A stretch of 64,000 nucleotides of DNA from an uncultured Myxococcales bacterium. Its GTDB lineage: Bacteria > Myxococcota_A > Polyangia > JAAYKL01. The position numbers and the translations under genes were made by a program. The stretch is taken from the NCBI GenBank assembly GCA_964458775.1, contig CAYWLQ010000003.1, forward strand, positions 17,923-81,922, in the 5' to 3' direction. The notes beneath the pieces were generated by a model. It saw only the letters and a program-made list of their open reading frames with translations, did no database searches and had not been told where the DNA came from. How positions within the stretch are numbered: position 1 is the first letter of the stretch; each line of letters starts with the position of its first letter. Below, one piece after another: positions 1 to 9,727 of this stretch.

Positions 1-2541
1 AATCAGGCTACAGATAGCGATACTGACAATAATTATGACAGTGACGATGATACAGACGATAACGAGAGCGATAATGCGGATTCTGAAAGTGAGACCGGTT
101 TTGGGAAACCGATTATTGAGTTTGGGACAGGCGATATCGTTTTTGACATAAGTCCTATTGTAAGTCCCAAAAAAGATCTTCCTCCTCTTGAAGGAAAAAC
201 ATTGAACTATACACCGGCTCACGCATCTGAACAATTGCCTGATGCAAGCGAGGGTATTCAGAGGTTGGAAGAAGTTGCAGAATTTTTTAGATACTACGGT
301 AATGAAGAAGAATTGGCATCAGCATTGAGGAACAAAGGAGTTGTGAGACAGACAAATGGTTTTAGGAGCCACATAATGTATAAACATGTCCAGACACTAA
401 ACAATTATCCTGACATGTCTGTCTTTATTGCCTCAGATGTTCTGCTCAATACGTTTCATATATTCTTTGACAATCTGCTGTTGGCAATGGAAAAGGACAG
501 CCTTCGCGGCGATTTACTTGCCCTGGTAACTTCTCTAAAAAACAAGGCCGCTGTTCTCTACAATTCATTTCCAGAAGGAAAAACTAAAGATGCAGCTTTG
601 GATGTCGTAGCATATTTCCAAGTTGCCCACACTCTGCTCGATCCTGATGGAGAAATGATTCGAGAGGTAAGCGAAGTTGTGTCGCAAGAGATAGAGCTCA
701 TTATGAAGCATTCGGGACCGGCTCCGTCACCTATATTCAATCGTCTTAAATACTCGAAGGGTTTCTGTTCAGTCGACTATTGTTTTGAAGATCATTTGAA
801 TTGTATGATTTGTTCTGACGAGTCAGCTTTGCCGTGTGCTGAAGGTCTTGAAACGCTTGCATGTCCGGAGCGTCATAGCGAGGATTATAGTCAATACAAT
901 CCTAGGGGACATTACACGTACAGTGAGGAGCTTTCTCAATATTTTAGAGCTATGATGTGGCTTGGCCGAATGACCTTTTTCAATCGTTCGCCCCAATCCA
1001 CAAGAGGCAGTATAATAACTTTGGACAGCATCAAAAGTGCAAAAGCAGAGATTGGTGATAAAACCGAAAACACGATTAATATATGGAGGAGAATCCTTCG
1101 GATAATCGGAACATGTGTCGGCGGAATGGATGACCTTACCATAGACGAAATCGACAACGCAGTATCTCCTATTCTGGGTAGTGATTTTGAATTATCGAAA
1201 TTGGATGACGATGATTTGATAAAAGAAGTGCAATTAGAAGTATCAAAACTGAGAGACCCTGCAATACTCTCCGGCATTCTCAGCGCATCAGCCGAAGTCG
1301 GAGCGGCAACCAAAGGATTTAGATTGCTGGGGCAGTCTTTTCTGCCGGACTCATATGCTTTGGGACAGCTTGTGTTTCGCAATGTAGGTGCGTCTTCTCA
1401 AAAGGCTCGATGGGTAGATGCTGTCGGTCTCTGCAATAGCTCCGGTTATAATATCAGTTTAGCAGCTGATCCCTCAACGCTCTCTTACGAAGAAACAGTA
1501 TGTGTATGTGACAAAGCTTTTTATGAGGGGCGAATGAGCAAACAGATGGGCAACCTGGCAGAATCAGAAGAATGGTTTGATGTATGTCGCGGGATGCCGT
1601 CGGGGTTGGATGTAGCATCAGTGTTCGGACACTCAGGAGCCAAGGAAAAGTCTTTTGCGAAATGGGGAGATTATGCACATTATAAGGAGCAGGTTAATTC
1701 GTTAAGTAATGAAATAGACAATTTTGATATTGTTCAATGGGGAAGCTCCATTGCCTGGAGTTGGCTGTATGCGCTAAAGGGACTTTTGGCTGATGTTGAC
1801 GAAGGTGCGCCTGCTTTTATGCGGACGGAGAGCTGGTCTGATAAAACGCTGGAAACGGGCCTTACCTCTTGGTCAGAAATGAGACACGATACAGTTCTTT
1901 ACGCCAAACAGTCGTATACTGACGGAGATACCGATGGCGACGCAGATATCGACACAGGGGATGAGATCTATTTGGATTTTGACTATATTGAACCGCAACC
2001 CGATGCCTATTCCCGATTAGCCGCCGCCGCTTCGCGTTTGAAAGCGATCGCCGTAACAGAAGGAGTGTTGTCAGAAAACGGTAATAATGTTGATTATTAT
2101 CTCAACCAATTTATCGAACTTTTGGAGAGCGCAAGTGAAATTTCAATAAAGGAGCTCCAGGGAGAAACCCTATCAAATGCAGATGTCCAATGGATAAAAA
2201 ATCTCGGTTTTCGCATAGAGCATTTGGCAAATAGCTTTCTGAACGGCATCGGAGTTACAGATCCAGACATGACTCTAGATTCCGAAAGACTATCCACGCG
2301 CATAATTACCGATGTTCATACTTTTTCGTCCAAAGAGGCTGTTTTACAAGTAGGCTCAGGATACCTAGCAAACATTGCGGTATTGCACCGTCATCCGAGC
2401 GGACAATGGGGAGTCGCAGTAGGACCTGTATATTCATATAGAGAATTCGAACATCCAATGGCTGATCGCTTAACTGATGAGAAATGGCAAGAGATGTTAG
2501 AATCAGAAATCGAGTACGGCCTGCCCGATTGGTTGAGGTAG
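1..2541 (+). CDS. DUF3160-like exported protein, 5'-truncated by the window edge
   Basis: Frame 1 has no stop from nt 1 to the TAG at 2539-2541, so the TTG at 202 in the ORF track is probably internal. Nt 1-120 encode an acidic D/N/S/E-rich linker. The body carries NPRGHYT...YFRAMMWLGR and a second acidic tract, DGDTDGDADIDTGDE. The family assignment is from memory of DUF3160 proteins, not from a search. Confidence 0.5.
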   Translation, partial: NQATDSDTDNNYDSDDDTDDNESDNADSESETGFGKPIIEFGTGDIVFDISPIVSPKKDLPPLEGKTLNYTPAHASEQLPDASEGIQRLEEVAEFFRYYGNEEELASALRNKGVVRQTNGFRSHIMYKHVQTLNNYPDMSVFIASDVLLNTFHIFFDNLLLAMEKDSLRGDLLALVTSLKNKAAVLYNSFPEGKTKDAALDVVAYFQVAHTLLDPDGEMIREVSEVVSQEIELIMKHSGPAPSPIFNRLKYSKGFCSVDYCFEDHLNCMICSDESALPCAEGLETLACPERHSEDYSQYNPRGHYTYSEELSQYFRAMMWLGRMTFFNRSPQSTRGSIITLDSIKSAKAEIGDKTENTINIWRRILRIIGTCVGGMDDLTIDEIDNAVSPILGSDFELSKLDDDDLIKEVQLEVSKLRDPAILSGILSASAEVGAATKGFRLLGQSFLPDSYALGQLVFRNVGASSQKARWVDAVGLCNSSGYNISLAADPSTLSYEETVCVCDKAFYEGRMSKQMGNLAESEEWFDVCRGMPSGLDVASVFGHSGAKEKSFAKWGDYAHYKEQVNSLSNEIDNFDIVQWGSSIAWSWLYALKGLLADVDEGAPAFMRTESWSDKTLETGLTSWSEMRHDTVLYAKQSYTDGDTDGDADIDTGDEIYLDFDYIEPQPDAYSRLAAAASRLKAIAVTEGVLSENGNNVDYYLNQFIELLESASEISIKELQGETLSNADVQWIKNLGFRIEHLANSFLNGIGVTDPDMTLDSERLSTRIITDVHTFSSKEAVLQVGSGYLANIAVLHRHPSGQWGVAVGPVYSYREFEHPMADRLTDEKWQEMLESEIEYGLPDWLR

Positions 2542-2598
2542 ACATCCTACCAGAAAGGACGCTGCTTTTTCATTTTGCCGTTCCCCTTTGTTGCTTTG

Positions 2599-4221
2599 TT
2601 AAGAATTTTCCCGACTATCTAGATAATACTCGTAGCTGCCTTCGAACATTCTCATACGACCGTGGTCGATTTCTATTACCCTGTTTACTAGGGAGCGCAG
2701 AAAGTATCGATCGTGGCTGACCAGTATTAGAGTTCCCCCAAAGTCTTTTAATGCCTCTAATAGAATTTCTCTCGATTGCATGTCCAGATGATTTGTCGGC
2801 TCATCTAACACCAAAAAGTTTATGGGACGAGCCAGCAGGGTTGCCAAAATTACCCTGCTTTTTTCTCCTCCGGATAGAGTGCATATTTTTTTGTCTGCAG
2901 CATCTTTAGAAAACAAGAAAGCACCGCAAAGGCTGCGGATTACTCCAATAGAAGATTGGGGCAGGGCGTCTTGGACAGTTTCGAAAACTGTTTTGTCGGC
3001 ATCCAGCACATCCATGGACATTTGGCTGAAATATCCCAATTGTACGTTGGCTCCTATTTCTACAATTCCTTCTGACGGTTCGGTCTTGCCGGCTATGACC
3101 TTTAAAAAGGTTGATTTTCCGGCCCCGTTTATTCCTGTTACTGCAATCTTTTCAAGACGGCGAATGCGTCCTGTAATTCCCGAAAACACAGGTTTTTGTG
3201 TACCGTCTTCCAATTGCCATGACTTGCCTAGGTTTTTAATATTAACCACATCGTCACCGCTTCGAGGCGGCTCTGAAAATTCAAATCTAATTCGTCTTTC
3301 TTCTGCCGGAATTTCAATTCGGTCTATTTTTTCCAGTTTCTTAATTCGAGATTGAACCTGAGAGGCATGGGATGCCCTGGCGGCAAATCGCGAGATAAAG
3401 GCTTCTTCTTTTGCGAGCATTTCTGTTTGACGACGGTGGCCTGCCAAAAGCTGTTCTTTACGAATCTCCCTTTGTTCTTCGTAAAAGTCGTAGTTGCCCC
3501 CGTAAGAGGTTATGGATTTGTCTGCAACTTCAACGATTCGCGACACAATTCGGTTCATGAAATCACGATCGTGACAGGTCATAACCAGCGAACCTTTAAA
3601 TGAAGAAGATAACCATTCTTCAAGCCATATAATAGATTCAATATCCAAGTGGTTAGTGGGCTCATCCAGCAACAGAACATCGGGATTGAGCGTTAAAATG
3701 CCCGCCAGTGAAATGCGCATTTTCCATCCGCCGCTAAAAAAATCAACGGGGCGATGGTGATCCTCGGGCATTATGCCCAAACCGGTCAAAACTGTTGCTG
3801 CGCGATATTCAAGATCATAACCGCCCCGATTTTCAAATTCCTCAACAGCATCACCATATCTAGACAACAGCTCGGCCATAGCATCGTCATCCATCGGCTC
3901 GCAAAGGGCGGCTTCCATTTTCTTTATTTCTTCACCTAAAGCGATGACTTCGGCTGCAAACGACATTGTCTGTTCAATTGCGGTTTTGCCCGACATCTCA
4001 CCTGTGTCTTGAGAAAAATATCCAAGAACAGTTTTTTTGGGGATAGAGATATCTCCTGCATCGGGTTTTTCAATGCCGACAATTAATCGAAAAATCGTAC
4101 TCTTACCCGCACCGTTAGGGCCCACCAAACCGATTCTGCTTTGGGGAGGAATTTGAAACCCCGCCTCTTTAAAAAGAATCTGCGAACCGTGTTGAACCGT
4201 AACATTAGATAGCTGAATCAA
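2599..4221 (-). CDS. ABC-F family ATPase (two ABC cassettes, no membrane domain)
   Basis: 540 aa. Walker A motifs are GPNGAGKST and GINGAGKST. Signature motifs are FSGGWKMR and LSGGEKSR. Walker B motifs are LLLDEPTNHLD and LVLDEPTNHLD. A charged linker joins the cassettes and there are no TM helices. The TTG start at 4221 has GGAGG 9 nt upstream. Confidence 0.9.
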   Translation of the reverse strand: MIQLSNVTVQHGSQILFKEAGFQIPPQSRIGLVGPNGAGKSTIFRLIVGIEKPDAGDISIPKKTVLGYFSQDTGEMSGKTAIEQTMSFAAEVIALGEEIKKMEAALCEPMDDDAMAELLSRYGDAVEEFENRGGYDLEYRAATVLTGLGIMPEDHHRPVDFFSGGWKMRISLAGILTLNPDVLLLDEPTNHLDIESIIWLEEWLSSSFKGSLVMTCHDRDFMNRIVSRIVEVADKSITSYGGNYDFYEEQREIRKEQLLAGHRRQTEMLAKEEAFISRFAARASHASQVQSRIKKLEKIDRIEIPAEERRIRFEFSEPPRSGDDVVNIKNLGKSWQLEDGTQKPVFSGITGRIRRLEKIAVTGINGAGKSTFLKVIAGKTEPSEGIVEIGANVQLGYFSQMSMDVLDADKTVFETVQDALPQSSIGVIRSLCGAFLFSKDAADKKICTLSGGEKSRVILATLLARPINFLVLDEPTNHLDMQSREILLEALKDFGGTLILVSHDRYFLRSLVNRVIEIDHGRMRMFEGSYEYYLDSRENS

Positions 4222-4248
4222 TAATTTTTCCTCCGTTCAAGGGGAACC

Positions 4249-4277
4249 TTTAAACACAAATCGAGACCTCTTTGCAA
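4249..4277 (-). promoter_or_regulatory. Possible sigma70-type promoter of the ABC-F gene
   Basis: On the minus strand, TTGCAA (4277-4272), a 17-nt spacer and TTTAAA (4254-4249) lie about 27 nt upstream of the start codon. Identified by eye only. Confidence 0.3.
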
Positions 4278-4453
4278 CTACGGATGTTGTTCGATTTCGT
4301 ATTTGTATTCTTTGCAACGGCCGGTTTCTTTGACTGTGCCCGCCGTCGCGCTACGCGCTATGGCGAGGTTTGTGAACTTCGAAATCGATGATCTCGCCGA
4401 AGCCTTGGTGGAGGCGGACGAGATTAGACAAACAGAAACAAGTTGCTGTTATT

Positions 4454-5779
4454 TTAATCCTCGTCGGCTTCGCCTCTTAGTCTTCGCAAATGAGCGGCAA
4501 TTCTGGCTTCTACTCCGGAATCTTGAGGAATGTAGTATTTGGCTCCGGCCAATTTTTCGGGAAGATATACTTCGCCTTTTGCGTAGCCGCCTTCGTTTGG
4601 AGGGTATCGATAGCCTTCACCGTATCCCCATTGTTTCATCATTTTGGTCGGCGCGTTTCGTATTTTCATTGGAACCGGTAAAGGCCCGTGCTCGGCAATG
4701 TCTCGCTTGGGTCCGTGAATTGCGTTAACTTGAGCATTGGATTTCATCGCGCAGGCCAGGTAGGTACAGGCTTGAGACAGCGCATAGGCTCCCTCCGGCA
4801 TTCCGACCCTTTGAAAAGCAGCGTCTGCTGCTATTGTTACTTGAAGTGCGTGAGGATCGGCATTGCCGATGTCTTCTGATGCAAAAATAATCATTCGCCT
4901 TAGAACAAAAAGAGGATCCTCGCCGGCATCGAGCATTCTAAACATCCAGTACAAAGCTGCGTCAGGATCAGATCCTCGCATACTTTTTATAAAAGCGGAG
5001 ACAACATTGTAGTGTTCTTCTCCTGTCTTATCATATAACAAAGCCTTGGCTTGGGCTGTTTCTTCCACTGTCTTTATAGTTACTTTTTTGTCTGCGTTTA
5101 GGGCATGTTTAAACGACAATTCTAAATTTGTAAGAGCAAACCTTGCATCCCCTCTTGACATTTGAGCAATAAATAACAAGGCTTCATCATCAGCTTCGAC
5201 ACCCATTGTGCCCAAGCCTCTGTCAGTATCTGTTGCCGCTCTTTTTAGAATTTCTAAAACTGCCGCATCATCAAGGCACTCCAATCGAAATACTTTGCAT
5301 CTGGATAAAAGAGCAGCAATTACCGAAAAAGACGGATTTTCTGTAGTAGCTCCCACCAAGGTTACCACGCCGGACTCTACTCCGGGCAACAGAGCGTCCT
5401 GTTGTGCTTTATTAAATCGATGTATCTCATCAATAAAAAGAATAGTTTTTCTTCGATAGGAACGCCTAATTTCAGCAGCTCGCGCTAAAATTTCTCTAAC
5501 CTCTTTAAGTGTGCCGTCAACTGCCGAAAACGGTGAAAAAGAAGCACCTGTGTGATTGGCAAGAAGTCGAGCCAACGTGGTCTTTCCGCTGCCCGGAGGT
5601 CCGAACAGAATCATGGAGGGTACGCGATCTTCTTCTATCGCACGTCTTAGGAATTTTCCTGCGCCCAGTATATGTTCCTGCCCGCAAAATTCTTCTAACT
5701 TTCGAGGTCTCATGCGGTCAGCCAGCGGAGTTAGCGTTTTGTCTTGCTTGGCTGAATGGGTAAAAAGATCATCAGACAT
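4454..5779 (-). CDS. rarA: Replication-associated recombination protein A (AAA+ ATPase RarA/MgsA)
   Basis: 441 aa. Walker A is GPPGSGKTTLA and Walker B is ILFIDEIHRFNK. The C-terminal region is MgsA-type (GSDPDAALYWMFRMLDAGEDPLF...). Confidence 0.9.
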   Translation of the reverse strand: MSDDLFTHSAKQDKTLTPLADRMRPRKLEEFCGQEHILGAGKFLRRAIEEDRVPSMILFGPPGSGKTTLARLLANHTGASFSPFSAVDGTLKEVREILARAAEIRRSYRRKTILFIDEIHRFNKAQQDALLPGVESGVVTLVGATTENPSFSVIAALLSRCKVFRLECLDDAAVLEILKRAATDTDRGLGTMGVEADDEALLFIAQMSRGDARFALTNLELSFKHALNADKKVTIKTVEETAQAKALLYDKTGEEHYNVVSAFIKSMRGSDPDAALYWMFRMLDAGEDPLFVLRRMIIFASEDIGNADPHALQVTIAADAAFQRVGMPEGAYALSQACTYLACAMKSNAQVNAIHGPKRDIAEHGPLPVPMKIRNAPTKMMKQWGYGEGYRYPPNEGGYAKGEVYLPEKLAGAKYYIPQDSGVEARIAAHLRRLRGEADED

Positions 5780-5883
5780 GCCGAATTTCTATCACGCTTG
5801 AACAAGCAGGGCAATCAGTGACCTTGTTTGAAAAAAAGATTGTATTTTGCTATTTGGATGTCTTTTACAGGTATCGGTATTCT

Positions 5884-8841
5884 TTAGTAAGTTTTAGTGA
5901 TCAGACCGTCTTTCGCGAGGGAGAGAACTTGCTCAACTCCTATGATATTATTCTCCGCTCTTAAATACCAAGAACCGATTTTGGTTCCGTTTTGTTGTGA
6001 ACCCCAAAGTTTGAATTGATTGGCGGCGGAAATTCCAACAATACCTAAGCCCCATGAGTTGCGAAGTATGATCACTGCCTGATTATCACCGTTCAAATTG
6101 CCGGTTCCGACAATACTGTCGCTTGATGTTAGTTTCCAGCTGCTTGTACCGCCTCTGTTAGTGATTTTGGTATTATAAGCAATTAGGCCGATAGTTGTTA
6201 GCTTTTTATCAGGACCCAGCGTTACTATACCAAGACCCCAGTTAGAGCTGAGCAGAATATCATCTCTTCCGTCGCCGTTAAAGTCGTCTACTCCCTCAAC
6301 CTTATCGTCATTATTGTAAACCCAATCGCCTATTCGAGTATTTTTTTGATGCATGGCTATAGATTTGAGAGGAGTTATCGAGGAATCTTTTTTTAATATA
6401 CCTATACCCCAATTGCTGCGTACGATAATTTCATCTTTCCCGTCGCCGTCGAAATCACCTAGTCCTTCAAACTTGTCGTTGCTTCCAAGACGCCAATCAC
6501 CAAGCATTGTATCGTATTTGTGAACTCCGAGGCTGATAAGTTTTTTGAGGTCACTTGTACCCAGAATGCCGATGCCCCAAGGACTACGTACAAGAATGTC
6601 TTTTCTTGTGACAGCTCTGAAACGACCCATCGCGACAATTTTATCGTTGGTTCCCCGTCGCCATTCTCCGACACTGGTATCATTGGGAATTATTTGGTGC
6701 TGAACGAGCTGACCGTTTTTAAACTCTAATATACCAAGACTGTTTTTCGCGTCGGTGAAAATAAGCTCTGCTCCATCTTGACTGTCCAGATTTGCTACAC
6801 CCAGGAAATTATCTGTGCTTGAGAGTTCCCATGAACCTATTTTAGTTCCAAAAGGTATTGCCAGTTTGCTTTTCGGCGAATTACTATTAAAGCTGATCAC
6901 CCCGATACCCCAAGAGCTGCGCAAAATGACATCTGTCTTGCCGTCATTGTCTACATCGGCTGTGCCTAAAACTTTGTGTGATAAAGAATATCTCCAGTCG
7001 CCTGCGAATTGATCCTGTCTTAAGACACTTCCGGATAAAGTTAGCGCGGTTCCTGACAAAGCAAACACTCCCAAACCTGCAGGAGGAGTTTCATTGTCAC
7101 ACAAAGCCGACTTGCCGTCGTTGTCGAGATCGTTAATGAGAAGATTAGGATTGGAGCGATACTGATAGCGGTCATATTTGTTTGGGCATGGATCACAGAC
7201 ATCTCCGATACTGTCTTTATCCGAATCTTTTTGATCTTGGTTTGCATTATAAGGACAATTGTCAAAAAGATCGATTACTCCGTCAGTATCGCTGTCAACG
7301 AAGAAATTGGCGTCATCCTGATTAGGCGCTACGATCAGCTGGGAAGCATTGTTAATGCTAGTAGACATTTTATGACCCGTCATGTGCGTAAAAAACGAAA
7401 ATGAATAGAGTTCTCGAACGAGATTTCGTTTGGTGCTATCGTTGTTGTCAATGTTGCCTGAAGTGCTTGGCGTTTGTACCAAAAAGAACTCATCTTGAGG
7501 TCTTTTATTTGCGGCTTGACCGGCTTGGCTGTCTGCATGGCTGTTTTTAATGATCCAATAGTCACCGCCTCCGGTTGTTGATTCAAGGTAACCGATGATA
7601 AGAACGCTGTGTCCGTGAGAGAGACAGTAGGTTTTATTGGAAACAGTTTTTTTGAAACCCTTACAGTCACCTTTGTCCAGTGCATCCTGAACAGGAATGG
7701 GCTGAAGCTTGATAAATTTGTAAAGCGACTCTGTCGGTTTGCCGTCCAACGAGACATCTATAGCCTTTGGATTGTCTCCCCAATGCCAGCCGATGGATGT
7801 GCGGATCGGGAAACCGAATTTGATGTGATCCTTAATGAGCTGGTCGATGGAGGCATCATTTCCGGACTTGTCCAATGGTATTGCCGCACTTGGAGTAACA
7901 AATCGTGCTTGCTTCTTTTTTGCAGCATCCATCAAACAGTTGAAAATAGGCATAAAGCGCTTGCTCCAGATTCTATCTTTACAGACTTTTTCCGGTTTGT
8001 CAGGATCGCATCCGTTCGGCAAGTTGGGATTGGCCAGATCGGCCAGCTCTTGCGATGTCAAAGCGGGCTCTTTGATATCTGCACAGTAGGTTGATACTGA
8101 ACCGAAACGCTTTTGCAGCGCATATGCCATCTCAGGATGCCACTCACCCCAGTTAGGCCACAGTTCTGAATCTGGAAAGAACGCTTCGGTCGCTGCTCCT
8201 TGCCAAGCGCTGATTCCCTTGAGAACCGGGTTTGTGTCAAGGTTGTTGTGTTGAGTATACATCAACGTTCCCTCAGACAGATCGATGGGAAGAAAATCAT
8301 TGGGATCTAAAGTATTGGGAATTTTGCTTCTAATAGCCATTCCCAGCATAATCTCCATTGCAGCAGCCATAGAGTATGTGGAACAGCTGCCTCCTCGTTG
8401 GGACTTCTCTCGTGATACAAAATTTCTGCCGTCGCAGGCGAGGAACGAGACCATTCTATAATCTTCAGGAGTTCCATTTTCATCCAAGTCTGCCTTAAAT
8501 GAAACAGGAGAACAAGCACCGGGAGAGGTCATGGAACGCAGACTAATTGAGGTGGAAGGAGGTCCTTGCGGTGAAGAAACAGGAATCATGTCTTTTCCCA
8601 TATCGGGAGGAATTGAAATAACTCTACTGATCTCATCCGGAGAAAGAGCTTTTACTTTGCCTACGAAAGACTTGCTTCCTGTTTTAGTATTTACGCTCGC
8701 GTTTTTTATCATTTTGTCTTTGACCGTGTTTTGAGCCGAAGAGAAGAGCGGGACTGTTGAAAAAAACAGCAATGCGATGACTGTTGCGAGTAGTTTCGGC
8801 ATTTGAATCCAAATCCATTGTGACTTGATGTTGAATTTCAT
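5884..8841 (-). CDS. Secreted papain-like (C1-type) cysteine peptidase fused to thrombospondin type-3-like repeats and a 7-bladed FG-GAP/VCBS-like propeller
   Basis: The start is moved to ATG 8841, which has AAAGGAG 8 nt upstream; the track's first 6 codons read through that RBS. There is a signal peptide (...LLFFSTVPLFSSAQN). The catalytic-type motifs are GGSCSTYS (Cys), HGHSVLIIGY (His) and YWIIKNSH (Asn). The Ca-binding TSP3-like repeats are DSDTDGVIDLFDNCPYNANQDQKDSDKDSIGDVCDPCP and DLDNDGKSALCDNE. Seven repeats of about 52 aa follow, of the form G-[DES]-W...DFDGDGKDEIIVRSNWGIGIL. Confidence 0.75.
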   Translation of the reverse strand: MKFNIKSQWIWIQMPKLLATVIALLFFSTVPLFSSAQNTVKDKMIKNASVNTKTGSKSFVGKVKALSPDEISRVISIPPDMGKDMIPVSSPQGPPSTSISLRSMTSPGACSPVSFKADLDENGTPEDYRMVSFLACDGRNFVSREKSQRGGSCSTYSMAAAMEIMLGMAIRSKIPNTLDPNDFLPIDLSEGTLMYTQHNNLDTNPVLKGISAWQGAATEAFFPDSELWPNWGEWHPEMAYALQKRFGSVSTYCADIKEPALTSQELADLANPNLPNGCDPDKPEKVCKDRIWSKRFMPIFNCLMDAAKKKQARFVTPSAAIPLDKSGNDASIDQLIKDHIKFGFPIRTSIGWHWGDNPKAIDVSLDGKPTESLYKFIKLQPIPVQDALDKGDCKGFKKTVSNKTYCLSHGHSVLIIGYLESTTGGGDYWIIKNSHADSQAGQAANKRPQDEFFLVQTPSTSGNIDNNDSTKRNLVRELYSFSFFTHMTGHKMSTSINNASQLIVAPNQDDANFFVDSDTDGVIDLFDNCPYNANQDQKDSDKDSIGDVCDPCPNKYDRYQYRSNPNLLINDLDNDGKSALCDNETPPAGLGVFALSGTALTLSGSVLRQDQFAGDWRYSLSHKVLGTADVDNDGKTDVILRSSWGIGVISFNSNSPKSKLAIPFGTKIGSWELSSTDNFLGVANLDSQDGAELIFTDAKNSLGILEFKNGQLVQHQIIPNDTSVGEWRRGTNDKIVAMGRFRAVTRKDILVRSPWGIGILGTSDLKKLISLGVHKYDTMLGDWRLGSNDKFEGLGDFDGDGKDEIIVRSNWGIGILKKDSSITPLKSIAMHQKNTRIGDWVYNNDDKVEGVDDFNGDGRDDILLSSNWGLGIVTLGPDKKLTTIGLIAYNTKITNRGGTSSWKLTSSDSIVGTGNLNGDNQAVIILRNSWGLGIVGISAANQFKLWGSQQNGTKIGSWYLRAENNIIGVEQVLSLAKDGLITKTY

Positions 8842-8942
8842 AGCAAAATCTCCTTTCAATTATGACAGTACAAAATATTTTTAAACTGATTGCTTTAAGA
8901 CGTCAGCTGTTTTTTTTAAACAAAGTGGAATTTTTTAATTGA

Positions 8943-9563
8943 TTATGCCAAAAAAACTTTACCGATTCTTTCGATCAAAGAAAAAATTATTTTTCCGGTT
9001 GCCCCCCATATAACATGTTCATTTGCCTGAAAGCGGCAATCTTCGAAGATCTGTCCGTTGTACTCACGAGGTTCAAACAACCAGTTGCGTTTGTCTGATA
9101 ATTCAAAAAGTGATACTTCAAAAACACTTTCAACTTCAGAGTCGGCCGGCCTATATTCAAACGGTTTAAGTACTATTCCCACTACAGGTGTAATCCAAAA
9201 ATTTGTAATTGTTTTAATTCCCGGCAAATAGCCCAGTACACGTACATTGGATGGATCAAGACCTATTTCTTCATTTGCTTCGCGAAGAGCAGCAGCTCTA
9301 TCATCTGCGTCGGACTCATCCCTAACACCCCCGGGAAGAGATACCTGTCCTTTGTGAGTAGCAACAGTCATTGTCCTACGAGTAAATATTACATTTACTC
9401 CGTTTTCCTTTGTTATAAACGCAACAAGAACAGCAGCAGGTATGCATGCCTTAGTATGATATGTGGGTTCATTGAGAAGATATGATTGTAGCAGTTGAAT
9501 ATGATTAGAGGATAACATCATGTTTTCTTTCTTTATCATAAAGATATTTAAGAGTTTCCCCAT
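8943..9563 (-). CDS. Nudix hydrolase, CoA-pyrophosphatase-like
   Basis: The Nudix box GGVRDESDADDRAAALREANEEIGL is preceded by FTRRTMTVATHKGQVSLPGG, the layout typical of NudL/PCD1-type enzymes. The start is ambiguous: in-frame ATGs occur at 9563, 9539, 9521 and 9518, and none has a strong RBS. Confidence 0.75.
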   Translation of the reverse strand: MGKLLNIFMIKKENMMLSSNHIQLLQSYLLNEPTYHTKACIPAAVLVAFITKENGVNVIFTRRTMTVATHKGQVSLPGGVRDESDADDRAAALREANEEIGLDPSNVRVLGYLPGIKTITNFWITPVVGIVLKPFEYRPADSEVESVFEVSLFELSDKRNWLFEPREYNGQIFEDCRFQANEHVIWGATGKIIFSLIERIGKVFLA

Positions 9564-9727
9564 AAAAAGGCGGTTAGAAATATTTCTTCTGGAATCGGTT
9601 GAAAGATTCAGAAAACCCTCTCATGTTTATTCGTTCAAAGACAGAAGAATTAGGTTTTTGCATAAACTTCTACAAGAAGCTCAAATACAACTAACGGTCT
9701 TGGAATTGGGCAAAAATCTTATTAGGA

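Noticed and set aside
4303-4728. A 141-aa plus-strand ORF starting in the rarA/ABC-F spacer, whose first ~50 codons look protein-like and unusually GC-rich for a spacer
   Set aside because: Two thirds of it runs antisense through the 3' end of rarA. It has no RBS and no recognisable motif. The GC-rich patch (about 4320-4420) may be 3'-UTR structure of rarA, but I cannot support a gene or an ncRNA from sequence alone.
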